Positions 52,061 through 52,093 of a stretch of DNA of 52,093 nucleotides are shown one piece after another. This DNA is from Octopus bimaculoides. Its lineage: Eukaryota. The stretch's first letter is position 1, and every line of letters starts with the position of its first letter. Both the position numbers and the translations under genes were made by a program. Under the pieces are notes generated by a model. The model had not been told where the DNA came from and did no database searches. It saw only the letters and a program-made list of their open reading frames with translations. The stretch spans positions 109,344,254 to 109,396,346 of the forward strand of contig NC_068984.1 in the NCBI RefSeq assembly GCF_001194135.2, in the 5' to 3' direction.

Positions 52061-52093
<33 letters not shown>
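51985..52093. repeat. (ATGT)(TATC)n(AT) microsatellite
   Basis: Direct observation. Confidence 0.95.

Overview
This is AT-rich, microsatellite-dense eukaryotic DNA from a draft assembly with 13 N-gaps (661-1010, 3482-3643, 4949-5441, 6209-6218, 7169-7676, 18554-18896, 19937-20316, 25309-25318, 26072-26762, 41783-42562, 43330-43412, 44554-45496, 47001-47089). The repeat families and composition suggest a coleoid cephalopod, probably Octopus (inference from remembered repeats, not a database hit). I found no intact protein-coding gene, no tRNA/rRNA, no CRISPR and nothing prokaryotic; nearly all tracked ORFs are microsatellite or N artefacts. The window is an intergenic or intronic transposon graveyard. 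It holds many tRNA-headed SINEs of several modular families and a ~2 kb decayed R4/Dong-clade retrotransposon joined to a (TAA)n array. There is also a TIR-complete but dead Tc1-like element with 36-residue D-E spacing, and short fragments of CR1/L2, L1-Tx1, mariner, hAT, Helitron/Helentron and possibly Penelope elements. The best leads are a possible TAA-microsatellite-targeting pair (Dong plus a non-coding element that also sits in TAA arrays), several unusual inverted-repeat architectures, a hammerhead-like core, SINE module shuffling and an unexplained 150-bp-period island. None is demonstrably a new biological system from sequence alone.
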